Shown: positions 1-10,745, counted from the stretch's first letter. The stretch is 64,000 nucleotides of DNA from an uncultured Methanosarcinaceae archaeon (GCA_963727895.1 CAVSHT010000009.1:160001-224000); one strand, 5' to 3'. Numbers and translations: made by a program. The notes: generated by a model not told the origin, from the sequence alone.

Positions 1-364
1 CCCTATTAGAGCTTCTACTGTAACCTCTTATGATTTTATAGAAATAAGTATCAATAATAGTTCAACAGTCAATAAGCCTTTTTTGGATGAGTTCTATCAG
101 CTTATTGACTCTGAAGCAAACAGTACAGGTATTAGTAATGTCCCTGTAGTGTTCGTGCGTGAAAAGAATCTAACTCTTGCAGATTTTAAAACATCAGATT
201 CAACTAACAATACTTCAAATTCCACTAATGAAAGTATTTCGAACATAAACAATTCGAGTGAAAATAAATAAAGTACATCAAGTAAAGTGAGCTCAACTCC
301 TGATTTTGAGTTATTGGGAAGCTTGATTTGCCTTTACGGTGGTTGGAAGTTCAGGAAGAACTAA
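1..364 (+). pseudogene. 3' part of a cell-surface protein with PGF-CTERM-like sorting signal, interrupted by in-frame TAA at 269-271
   Basis: Frame open from base 2; Ser/Thr/Asn-rich linker; after TAA the same frame continues STSSKVSSTPDFELLGSLICLYGGWKFRKN*. Confidence 0.65.
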
Positions 365-406
365 TGGAAGCAGATAAGTGAGCTACTGCAACTAATTAGC
401 CGTTGC

Positions 407-592
407 TTGTTGTCTTTTGTACGCGAAGTGCTTAACTACTTCACCTTATATTTTGAAAACTGTGCAAGAAAGAATAGAAAGAAAAAACTTGCATTTGAAC
501 GCGCTGAAAAAGTTAAGCTAGAAAAGGAGCACCTTGAGAGAGAACGTGAAGAAAAAAGTAAGCAGAAAAACAAAAACGAAACTAATATATAA
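407..592 (+). CDS. small charged hypothetical protein (uncertain)
   Basis: 61 aa ORF, Lys/Glu-rich C-terminus, no clear start or RBS. Confidence 0.3.
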   Translation: MLSFVREVLNYFTLYFENCARKNRKKKLAFERAEKVKLEKEHLEREREEKSKQKNKNETNI

Positions 593-1042
593 TATTTCAT
601 GTGATGTAAAAATGGGTTTATGTAGGTTTAGAGGAGGAAATAATTCCTCCTCGTCTTTCGCTAGCACTATCGTTTTTTAATCTCTAGAGTTAAGTACCTA
701 ATATGTCCCGTTTTTGGTATTATAGTGGGTTTAACTTAGTCTTTAGGCGGTGTTGTTTTAAAGCTCGTTCAAAAGAACGTAACTTTAGTCGCAGGTTATT
801 ATAATATAATATTTATACTTAATTATATTTGATTAATTTATATATAAATAGTTTTGTTATATTAACCCCATGCTGATTTTGCAGATTTCAGCAAATCAAA
901 CTATAATTTGTAGTCAACATTTTGATTTTACTGTTATTAAGCGGAATTTTCCTCAAGATCTGAAGCGTTTAACTGGATCATAGATAATCAACTTGCGAGA
1001 ATAAACTAACTATAAATATATTTTAATTATATATAACAGATT

Positions 1043-1077
<35 letters not shown>

Positions 1078-1331
1078 TTCAGTTTTATTATATACTTCAG
1101 AGGTTTTTGTGCGTCCCTGCGTAGTTGATTTCTAGAATCCCAAACATATTAAAATCCTGACACATCATTTCTAATGACGCACCACCTCACATATAATTGG
1201 TCATTTTGAAATTTTCAAGATTAGGCAGAAAATAACCGATCTCGATTTTTTAGAGAAATGTATCCAAAGTCCTCTGAGATCTAAACTGGACTGTAACGAT
1301 TATTGTGAAAAGTAATTGGGGTATTAAAGTT

Positions 1332-1469
1332 ATGAATGAAAATGACTCCAAATGCAATAAAAAATCTAATTACGAAGAGAATGACCTGCTCGCCTTTGCG
1401 TTACTGGCTCTGCTTGTCTTATTTGCACTCAAATACATTATTTATCCCGATATTGTCGTTTGTCTATAA
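1332..1469 (+). CDS. small single-TM membrane protein (45 aa)
   Basis: MNENDSKCNKKSNYEENDLLAFALLALLVLFALKYIIYPDIVVCL; G-rich stretch upstream; below ORF-track cutoff. Confidence 0.5.
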   Translation: MNENDSKCNKKSNYEENDLLAFALLALLVLFALKYIIYPDIVVCL

Positions 1470-1994
1470 GTCAACAAATTGTTAATTCATTGAATATACA
1501 GTCAAACGTCTAATTACTGTATATACAGCGTAAAAACAGGACGATTAATCAAAAAGTGTTCGACAAAATACCACTAATCACTCGTTTTTGGGTATTATAG
1601 TGGGTTTAAAAAGATATTAGATATTGGTTGTACATACAATCAAAAATGCGTTTTTTCGCTATTGTTATATACGGACAGGGGGGGTAAAACAAAAGTATCC
1701 CCAAATTTATTGGAACTCATTTTTAGCTTATTTTACTGCTGATAGTTCTTTTAGTTTTAGAAAGTCTATTTATAAGAAAGTCTATTTATATTAAGAAACT
1801 GTTATTCTTCGCCTATTGTATAAATATAATTTTATATAAAATTATACATGCATGAGACTCTCTATTTCTGCTAAGCATGTGTGATCAATTAGAGTAAGTG
1901 AAAAAATTTGTTAGAGGATAATAATCCGACTAAAAAACTCACCTATACAAAAGAGAAAAATATAAAATTTATACAATAAATGGAGGAAAATACA

Positions 1995-2105
1995 ATGTTT
2001 GGAAATGGATTATTTAGAAGAGGAAGATTTGGTTTTGGTGGCTGTGACGGCGGCTTCGGTGGCTGTGGTGGCTTCGGTGGCTTCGGTGACTGTGGTGACT
2101 GTTAA
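1995..2105 (+). CDS. 36-aa Gly/Phe/Cys-rich peptide
   Basis: GGAGG RBS at 1982-1986; MFGNGLFRRGRFGFGGCDGGFGGCGGFGGFGDCGDC*; GC-rich against AT background. Confidence 0.7.
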   Translation: MFGNGLFRRGRFGFGGCDGGFGGCGGFGGFGDCGDC

Positions 2106-2354
2106 GAACAGTTGCAAGATCAGTGGCTCACAAGATTTGTAAACTATCCTGTTCTACATGAATCCGCAAAAATTGTATGTAATCTACTGAAAACAACAGC
2201 CTAAATAGGATCCCTTATTTTGAGGGATCTCTAAAACAGCTAAAAACTCCTACTTTTTTGAAGTTCATTTTTAAAATAGTCAATTGAGCTTCTGGGGAAA
2301 GTAATTCTAGAACTCTTCTTAATAATAGGAATATAGGCTGGTTTTGGGACAGGC

Positions 2355-2758
2355 TCATTGGTTGGATGGATATTTGACAGCTAGAGCCTTTATTATACCC
2401 AGTATTAACAACAACGTCGATAGGCCTAAAATAAATTGATAATCAAATCTTTGGGCATATACCCCTGCTGCGATTTCACGCATGACTATTAAAATCGTAG
2501 CATCGGTTACATATGCAATTTTGATTTCTTCATGTTCACGAAAATCAGCAAAAGTCTTGAAAAGATCAATAAGAACAAAAACTGTGAGGACACCAGATAC
2601 TATCTGACCTAAACCGCCTCCAAGAGTCCCGAATAAAATTGATTTGACATTCATGAGGAGACTTATTACTCCCCCGAATAGCGCCAGTAGCAGTATATAT
2701 AGGATGATAATAGTGACTAAATCAATTACAATTTTAAATATTTTTTTTGATCTATCAT
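2355..2758 (-). pseudogene. PsiE-like (phosphate-starvation-inducible) membrane protein, frameshift in A8 run near 5' end
   Basis: LTVFVLIDLFKTF..YVTDATILIVMREI motif; N-terminal TM lies upstream of 2654, linked to ATG 2758 only by +1 in the T-run 2741-2748. Confidence 0.7.
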
Positions 2759-3262
2759 AAGTATTTTATAATGAATGTTCACTTTTAACCTCCCGATAAA
2801 AAGGTTAGGGCAATTCTCCACTGTAATAAAAACCCGTCTAGTGATGTTGATTTTGAGTTATCAAATACATATAATTGCCAATCCATGTCAAACTGAAAAA
2901 CACAATGAATAGGCAACAATTAAAGAAAAGGGACTAAAGAAAAGGAACTCACAAAAAATTCCCCATTAAATCTTAAATAAAATAGCTAGTGATATTGTTT
3001 TTCTTAGGCTATAGTTACAATTTATGATTTATTAAATCCGATTTTCCGCACATGCACACATTTAAGATAATTAAATAAGATTTATGCGTTTGAGCTGAGA
3101 AATAATAGCATTAAACCTTTAACTGTCGATATTTGATACAACATACGAAACTTTTGCTTATGGGGATTTAATCAGTTCATTTTCCAAATATAATATTCGT
3201 GAAATTATATTTATATATTTTACGTTTAGAAAATAAAAGCTTTTTCAGTTTTCAAATGATTA

Positions 3263-3463
3263 TAACCCGAATTTGACAGAAACATAAATATTATGATGAA
3301 TAAATCAGCCACATGCTTATGTTTTTTCTCTACAACTGTAATTTATATACTACGTTCTTTGATTTTTGATATTTTCATTTTTCCAAAAAATTCTATGTCG
3401 ATGCAAAGTGTTTTTTGTAAGAACTCACTTTACAAATTAACAACTTCTGTCAAATTAAGGTTA
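3263..3463. mobile_element. MITE (~200 bp) with 19-bp terminal inverted repeats
   Basis: TAACCCGAATTTGACAGAA (3263-3281) vs TTCTGTCAAATTAAGGTTA (3445-3463), 17/19 match; terminal TA may be TSD. Confidence 0.75.
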
Positions 3464-3544
3464 AGAAAGAGAATTTCATAGTCTATTAGAATTTACAGAA
3501 TTTTCGAGACACTGCCAAATTACTGAAAATGCACTATAAAAATA

Positions 3545-4284
3545 GGAATTGTTACTTAACTATATCTAGTTATTTATTTCTGTATTTCATCAATAGAATA
3601 ACCGAGTACTTTAGCATTTCAAGACTCTTCGTATAACACTTTGTCTTTCTTCTCAACCTTGCCAGAAAGTGCCTCAATATGCTGTTATATCCTTCAACAG
3701 TATACGTTTTTGTTTTTGATTGAGTATGGATCTTTTCTGGAAGAAACTCTGCATATGCTCTCCAGTGATCTGTCATTACTTCTCCAATGTATTTTTTCTT
3801 CACTTTTTCCCAGAGTAGTTTTCCAGTTTCTGTTCCTCTGCTACCAAAAGAGCAGTTGATGAACTTTTTCCCAACTCTATCAACAGCAATCCAGATCCAG
3901 CAATATTTTTTTTGTTACCGATGTAAGTGTGCATCTCATCCATTTCAACAATAGATATCTCATTTTCGCTTTTTAGAGCCTCCAACTCCTTACCAAATTT
4001 CTTGATCCATTTTTGGACAGAAACATGACTCACCCCTAAAAACCGCCCTATTGAGTGAAAGCCCAATCCTTCAAGATAGAGTTGTAAAGCCTGTTTTTTG
4101 ACAGAAGTGGAAAAAGCAGTTGATTTTAGCTCTACTGTATAGTTATATCCACAATCATGGCATTTGTAGCGTTGACGACCACCAACTATACCATTCTTTT
4201 TGTGACTGGAACTATTGCATCTGGGGCAGTTCATGAAGAAATAGAGGTTCTCATAATAAATAACTATAGTTAATTAGCAAAGCC
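3545..4284 (-). mobile_element. IS1-family element, 740 bp, InsA 3800-4234 / InsB 3570-3803 with slippery A-run
   Basis: InsA Zn-finger CPRC..CHDC + HTH; InsB TDHW..Y..VEGYNS..RHFLARL; imperfect TIRs; 8-bp TSD TAAAAATA (3537-3544, 4285-4292). Confidence 0.95.
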
Positions 4285-4294
4285 TAAAAATATA

Positions 4295-4954
4295 GTGGAA
4301 AATGGCTTCAATTCCGCCTTTCCTGTAATCATTTGGAATAATGCCCTTATCGATGGGCATAATCGTTATCACATATGCCAAAAGCACAAAATTGAATTTG
4401 TATTTATCGAGCAGGACTTTGCTTCAAGATCTGCAGCTAAGATGTGGATTATTGAAAACCAACTTGGCAGGAGAAATATAAACAATATCATAAGAAATGA
4501 TTTGCTTGGTAGATGGTATAATGAAGATAAGAGGTCAAGAGGTAATCCTAACGGATTTGCTCAAATTAACCAATTCCGCAAAAATTGCGGAATTGGTGAT
4601 ACTGAGCCTGCAGACATAATAGTTAAACCTGCAGATATAATAGCTAAACAAGCAGGTGTAAGCTCAAGAACAGTAGAGTATGCAGCAAAGATAACAGAAG
4701 CAATAGACACAATCACTGCAAACACTGGAATTTCCAGAGCTACAATTCTGACTCGAAAAATCAATTACAAGCAGGAAGATTTAACAGACCTTGCAAAGCA
4801 TGACAAAGAATTTCAGCTCAGAGTAATGGAAAAAGTAAAATAAGACAGTGAAGACATTGGCTCTGCAATTATAAAAACTGAACGTGAAGACACTGCCAAA
4901 CAAATGGAAGAACTTGAAGCAAAAAGAAAGCAACTTCAAGATATAAAGAAGTAG
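4295..4954 (+). pseudogene. ParB/Srx-like N-terminal domain protein (viral/plasmid type), 5' end cut by IS1, internal TAA 4841-4843
   Basis: IIWNNALIDGHNRYHIC..WIIENQLGRRN motif, HTH (IAKQAGVSSRTV); frame resumes after TAA to TAG 4952-4954. Confidence 0.75.
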
Positions 4955-5457
4955 ATGGTAGGGTTTTAAGTCCCTATTCTCAAATCCCTACCTGCGATCC
5001 AACCCAAAGATTAAGAGGAAACCCTATTACTCTTAATCTACAAATTTATATTATCATGGTTATATATATCATAATTGATGTCAAAAATTGTGTCTAAGCA
5101 AAATATAATTTAATGTATTATATTTTAATGCCATTATATATTACAATATTATAAAATAATCATATAACATTAAAATTTTAAATTGAAAACGATTTTTGAT
5201 ATAATTTATTTAATATAGTTTATGCTATTAGTAGGTACCGGAGTTGGAAAACAAATGGGGTATTATGGGGTACCAATAAAATAAAAGAATCTCCTGGAGG
5301 TCGCTGATTCCTCTTCGAATTAATATATTTGGGGGAGCATAATATTTCGAAGAAACTGTATCGGGGGCAACAGTAAACACAGCACCTCCGGGCTTTCTTA
5401 CATTATATATTCTGAAAAATTATCCATTTAAATTTCAAAATTAAAGAGGTATTATTC

Positions 5458-5598
5458 ATGAAACATCTAAAAATATGCCCAAAATGTAATTCTAACCTGA
5501 AATTACATTCAGACGGTGTGACTCAGTATTGCAATGTTTGTAAGTACTGGACAAAAGCAGGTACTGCAAGACTTGACTCAATAATGATTTATGGATGA
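5458..5598 (+). CDS. small zinc-ribbon protein (46 aa)
   Basis: MKHLKICPKCNSNLKLHSDGVTQYCNVCKYW...; GAGG RBS upstream. Confidence 0.7.
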   Translation: MKHLKICPKCNSNLKLHSDGVTQYCNVCKYWTKAGTARLDSIMIYG

Positions 5599-5849
5599 AG
5601 AGCCTAAATGAAAAATACAAAAAATTTTTAAAATTTGGATCTATTCTCCTACATTTTTGCTTTCTGACAGTTTCTAACTTTTTATCCTTCAAGAATTAAC
5701 TACATGCAGGTAATAATAATCAGGTGGAATTTTCTGACTGTTTCAGCTGGCAGTGAGGCTGCTGTGAGGTTTGGAGTAAGCGCGTTCGTCTTCCATGAGA
5801 TATTTCATATTAATTACCCTCAAAAATTAAAAGAAGGGGAATGCACTAG

Positions 5850-5884
5850 GAAGCCACGAGGCCTTTAGCCTCGTGGTAGTTCAC
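5850..5884 (+). mobile_element. orphan IS200/IS605-type right end (hairpin + TAGTTCAC)
   Basis: GAAG-CCACGAGGC-CTTTA-GCCTCGTGG-TAGTTCAC, perfect 9-bp stem. Confidence 0.7.
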
Positions 5885-6042
5885 GAATTGCTGAACAATT
5901 CCATTAAACATACCTTTTTGGAAGATTCAAAAATAAGGATTTTCTATACCGTTGAATAAGCTTCAGCTTTTTAAACTAATACCATAATCTATGCATGTAT
6001 TGAAACTCATACAATATATTCAACACTACTAGGATTTTCACT

Positions 6043-6745
6043 GACGGTCATAACAGGTATGCTTTGTGCACTAAGAACAACATACCCTTTTAGGGTTGAG
6101 GCTAAAGAGTTTGAATCACGAAATGATGTTTGTATATGGATGCTCCAAAATCAATTCGTTCGACGTAATCTAGATAATTATACTAAAGGTAGTTTGAGCC
6201 TTATATTCGAGGAATATGTTGAGAAACAAGTTGCTGAACGAAAATCAAATGCTATTACACTGTCAAACAAATTACGCTCAGTAAAACTAGAAGAAAACTC
6301 AATTCCGCAGAAATCTGCGGAATTGGAGACTAAGCAGAGAAGAAGAGGAATCGAGACACGCGATGCTGTTGGTAAAGTTGCCGGTGGTCTCTCATGATAC
6401 AATCTACAAAGTAAAAGAAATCAAGTCTCAAACTCCTTCAGCGCTCCTTCCTGAATTGGAGCGTTTAATAATTCCACATGCAGTAAGCATAAATCAAGCT
6501 CATAAATTTGTCCGTGCAATAAAAGCAATTCAAGGAAAAGTACCTGACAAGGTCACAGTTGCAAATAAAATTCTTAATGAGTTCAATCAGAATCCTTCTG
6601 TTTCCCTTGAAAGTAAGACAAAAGACGTAATACGTGAAACTCAGCGTGCAGAAAGAGATAGACAGTTAAGAGAAGCTGAAGAAAAAAGAAAGCAGCTTGA
6701 AGAAGAAGCAAGGCTAAACCGTGAAAAAAGAAATCTCTTAGTTTC
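6043..6745 (+). pseudogene. second ParB-like paralog, 5'-truncated, two frameshifts
   Basis: DGHNRYALC at 6043, WMLQNQFVRRNL, HTH (VGKVAG-VSHDTIYKVK), coiled-coil EKRKQLEE matching paralog 1; shifts near 6088 and 6390. Confidence 0.7.
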
Positions 6746-6746
6746 T

Positions 6747-7073
6747 TTACCATTTCCAATATCCAAACCAACGTATATTTTTAGTGTTAGCCTCCTCTAA
6801 ATTACGAACAAAAAGATCAAATCCTTTTATAAAACATATTGAAGTAACAATTATATTAACTCTTAAATCATTTTCTACATACATCAACCCCATCGAAAAA
6901 TACCATATAGATTTAAATAAGTCAGTACTAAAATCTTTTTTCCATATGTATGCAAGAATTCTTATAATAATGAAAGCAACTGCAGAAAAAGGAATAAACG
7001 CAAAATCTAAATATTTTATAATGTTTCCAGCAAATAACAACCAAATAGAAAGATTCTCAAACATATTCACCAA
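6747..7073 (-). CDS. hypothetical membrane protein
   Basis: 108 aa, about three hydrophobic segments. Confidence 0.55.
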   Translation of the reverse strand: MVNMFENLSIWLLFAGNIIKYLDFAFIPFSAVAFIIIRILAYIWKKDFSTDLFKSIWYFSMGLMYVENDLRVNIIVTSICFIKGFDLFVRNLEEANTKNIRWFGYWKW

Positions 7074-7188
7074 AATTTATACAAAGGTTTTTCTAATAAA
7101 ACTTTGCTCTTTCCGATTTATTAAAAGTCAAGTTTTATGAATTTACTTTGGAATCTTAGTACTAGTATACCTTACATCACCATTTAAT

Positions 7189-7665
7189 TCATTCTTTTTC
7201 AGTTAAAACTTCACTTATCTCTTTTTCAATGTCTGATCCTTTTCCATTGATTTGAAACCTTATAAACTCTTTATTTCCTTTTTTAAGGCTCACCTTACCT
7301 TCAGCAAATATTTTAATGCTTATCGTACCATCTATTTTTACATATTTAAGAGAAGTTTTTAGATAGTGTTGCAGTACGTGGGTAGCATAAGGAGTAAGCA
7401 GTACAACATTATCCCAGAAAAAATGAGTTTCTTGTACAGATGCACTTATATAGCATCTACGAGACTCTTGAGAACTACAATAATAATTAACTGATATATC
7501 TGGAAATTCTTTGATGAAAGACTGTCTATTAAATTGGTTATTAAAGATTCCTTCTTCTTCCTTGTGGGCTGGGATAATTAGAATATCCGACTTAAAATAT
7601 TCATCAATATTCTCAAATTTACAATACCCTTCTAATAGTTCATCTCTTGATACTTTTTCTGTCAC
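7189..7665 (-). CDS. hypothetical protein
   Basis: 158 aa, GTG start with AGGAG RBS. Confidence 0.7.
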   Translation of the reverse strand: MTEKVSRDELLEGYCKFENIDEYFKSDILIIPAHKEEEGIFNNQFNRQSFIKEFPDISVNYYCSSQESRRCYISASVQETHFFWDNVVLLTPYATHVLQHYLKTSLKYVKIDGTISIKIFAEGKVSLKKGNKEFIRFQINGKGSDIEKEISEVLTEKE

Positions 7666-7784
7666 TGTTACTCCTTCTTAACTTTATTAAAATTGCAACT
7701 AAAAGATTTTAATAAACTGTTTTATAAAACACTACTAATTCCAAACATTTTGATTGAAATACTGATTTTGTATGAAAAAGCGAA

Positions 7785-7817
7785 AAACCCTGAGTTTTTA
7801 GCACCGTGGTAGTTCAC
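7785..7817 (+). mobile_element. degenerate IS200/IS605-type right end
   Basis: ...TTTAGCACCGTGGTAGTTCAC shares terminal CGTGGTAGTTCAC with 5850-5884. Confidence 0.5.
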
Positions 7818-7974
7818 AATTACATTACTAGATAAATATGTAAAAATATTTAAAATTATAGGAAGTGGGGTGAAAGTGTTCATGCTTGTGATCACGTTTA
7901 ACGTTCATTTAAAGAAAAAAACATAATTTTGGTAACTATAAACAGGCATTTATGACAATGGAATTAAAAATGGA

Positions 7975-8356
7975 AATCATGACAAATCGCATGACGAAGC
8001 CTTATTATCTGCAAATATACTATAAAAATTTAAGAATGGTAAAGAATAGGAATCATGATAAATCGCATTACAGAGCCTTTGTGCCGACCTTGTGCCAACT
8101 TTGTGCCGACCAAAAACATTAATGGTTCCGAGTGTGCCGACTTTGTTCTTTAAAACAATTTATAGTAGAAAAATTTTTTTCATAAATTAAATACACTGTG
8201 TGTGTCTTATAGAGAAGGGTTGTACAGAGGGGTTGGCACAAATGCGTTTTTCCGATACTTAAAGGCATGTTCCAACCCTAAAATTAGCTTTTTCGTAATG
8301 CACAGGCTTCTAGGTGGCAACTGTTGTCGGCACACCCGGCACAAAGTTGGCACAAA
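7975..8356. repeat. iteron-like repeat array, candidate replication origin
   Basis: 11-bp (T/C)TTGTGCC(G/A)AC x3 tandem 8078-8110 plus 8132; inverted copies at 8232, 8326, 8336, 8346; AT-rich spacer 8147-8195; separate 21-bp repeat at 7975 and 8051. Confidence 0.75.
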
Positions 8357-8446
8357 ACTGAAAAAAGGGATAATAGGTATAGTTAAAATAGAAACAAAGA
8401 AAAGGGTTTGTCAGGGCGATTCGCCGCCCCACAGTGAGTGATTTAA

Positions 8447-8704
8447 TTATTCTTGATTTCCGCCCTGAATTCCCTTCAAGGAACGGATTGCAAGAGCTAC
8501 GAATGTTACTAGGACGACTACACCTACGATATTAACACCATTATTCCAGACTGAAGCACCCGTTGTTGCATTTGCAAAGTCCCCAGATTTATTAACCGGC
8601 ATTGCCTGTGAAACTTTTTCACCAATACCCGGCCCTAAATAGAATATAATAACGAGCGTGAGAAGCCCAACACACATCCCTACAAGTTCGGTCATTGTAC
8701 TCAT
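8447..8704 (-). CDS. two-TM-helix protein, candidate spindle-shaped virus major capsid protein
   Basis: 85 aa; two hydrophobic helices, linker with NKS/NAT sequons, basic tail; AGGTGA RBS and TTTATATA box upstream. Confidence 0.6.
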   Translation of the reverse strand: MSTMTELVGMCVGLLTLVIIFYLGPGIGEKVSQAMPVNKSGDFANATTGASVWNNGVNIVGVVVLVTFVALAIRSLKGIQGGNQE

Positions 8705-8881
8705 CGTTTTTTCACCTACCTTAACTATATAATCTGTTTTCCCGAGTATATAAAGACATTTAAAAATAATAGTGTGCAGCAGGCTTTGTATGTGAGAATG
8801 GTATCAAAAAAATGAAAATTGAACCCTTCTAAGGCAATCGTTATTAGCAAACTTAAAAATAAGGTTAAAGGGTTTACCCCT

Positions 8882-9775
8882 TTATCCCAACATTGTCCCT
8901 AAACTACCTAAACGATTGTATATAGTTCGTTTTTTATTTATTTGACTAATTGACTTCTTTACGGGGATTTTCACCTCTTTCTTTTTCTTTTTCGCTGAAT
9001 TTTTCTCATCACCGTTTTTCCGCATCAGTAGATATGCTAAACTACTTTTTTGAGTATTAGCCATTCTTACCGAAGCGCTTTTATTGTTAACTGATCCCGT
9101 TGAGTTGCTTGCCCCTTTTGAACCTCTTGAATTCCCCTGCAGTGCAGCTGTGGAGAACTTAGGAAGTGTCAATACTGCTTTTGAAATTTGCTTTGATCCC
9201 TGTGAGCCTTGCTTACTACCGTTTCGATTTATACTGTTGTTAGAGTTTCCAGATTTTGAGTTTGGAGATGCAACAGTCTTTTTTTGTCGAAGACACAGTA
9301 ATTGAGCCCGATCCTAGCATAGTGCTTATATTTCCCAATTTATTGAATATGGTTCTATTTCTGTTTATTTCACTGCTAGTATGCTTCACATACTGCTGTG
9401 ATTTTTTCTTTTTGTTTGTATCTATTACGTCTTTACGCTTTTTTAGCATGTGTAGGAAGGCTATTGAGCTGTTTTTAGCTGAGTACTCCGGTAAGGATTG
9501 CCCGCTTTGTGAAGTTGTGCTTTTTTCTGTCACTGATTTTACACCCTGAGATATTTTTGGGATGTTTAAATTGCTTAATATTTTAGTAATACTTGAAACA
9601 TCCGATATCGTTTTAGGTGAAACTAGTGAGAGGCTTTTGCTTGACTTTGTTCCAGCGGACGCTGAGTTTAACTTTTTACCCGCAGTTGATGCTATTGCAC
9701 TCCTGCTAGATCCTGAACGTTTTACTGCCCCCTTTGAAGAACCTAGCATATTAGGTTGATATTGAGTTGCTTTTT
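8882..9775 (-). pseudogene. C-terminal part of giant Ser/Lys-rich protein (two basic repeat modules)
   Basis: ORFs 9240-9749 and 8882-9172 join via one frameshift in T-run 9279-9285. Confidence 0.65.
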
Positions 9776-10745
9776 TGATCCAAAATCATCACTATATCTC
9801 TTGTTCACGCTTTTCAATTGATGAAACACACAAAAAGAATGAACCACTTCAGGAAAGACGCTTTTTACAGCTCCAATGATTGCTTTATCTTCATCAGAAA
9901 CGATTTTTTGTATTTTGCCTTCTGGAAATCGGTTTTTTATTCGTAGGATAAGAGAAATTAGAGCTTCAATTGTTGGTAACCTGTCAGTTACCTCAAAATC
10001 CAAAATTACCTTTTCTTTTGTAGCGATAACGTAAACGGATTGATATCGCATCTTTTTCCATTTTTTTAATGTAATCTCTCGTCCTATCAGAGTCTCAAAC
10101 TTCTTTTTCCATCCTTTCTTGACCCGATCTCCATCAATATACAAAGTTCCATCAAAATCAGGATTTTGATATAAAAGTTCTTGCTTAGAAAATACAGATT
10201 GTTTTTGCTCATGCAACCATAATGAAGAGGCACAAGGAGCTCTGCCGCATATATCAGTCAAACCTTCTGTATATGTTTCGCCTACCCTACAGGAATTGTG
10301 AAGACTGCATCTGCTATCGTATCTGACAAGCATTTGTTTGTCATAGAACTCATCACTGTAATTTGCGGATCCAGAAACACCAACGATCTGATCATGAAAA
10401 TGCTTTTTACAAGTAGGACAAATCCAGTATGTAGTATTGCAAGTTATGGTGCCATAACTTGTGAGAATTGAACGAGTATAGTGAGAGTTCACATTTAATT
10501 TAGCGCCACAAAAATCACAATGAGTAGGAGATATTAAAGAGAACAGAGAATGAAAGCGATTTTCAACTAGCAATTTCGGCAAAGGAATTAATACATTGCC
10601 TTCAAGTATCGTTTTTACCATTGAATTCTCGATTGATTTATTTCCTCTTCCCATTAAAACGAATTTATCTCAATGAAATTAAAATTTTATTGTTTTGCAC
10701 GATTGAGAAAAAAGAGGTAGACCAGAAAATAATAAAAAGTCTCTA
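9743..10745 (-). mobile_element. truncated DDE transposase (IS256/ISH6/ISNCY-like), CDS 9743-10654
   Basis: Zn-finger CDFC..CPTC, LYIDG, IVSDEDKAIIGAVKSVFP..CVFH; C-terminus and right end missing; ends approximate. Confidence 0.8.

Noticed and set aside
3293..3481. 62-aa ORF
   Set aside because: Lies almost entirely within the MITE
6784..7140. Plus-strand ORF and many other antisense ORFs in the track
   Set aside because: Shadows of better-supported genes on the opposite strand
8078..8356. Possible CRISPR array
   Set aside because: Repeats are only 10-11 bp, in both orientations, irregularly spaced; no cas genes
8202..8441. 79-aa ORF
   Set aside because: Runs through the iteron array, no RBS or motif; likely spurious
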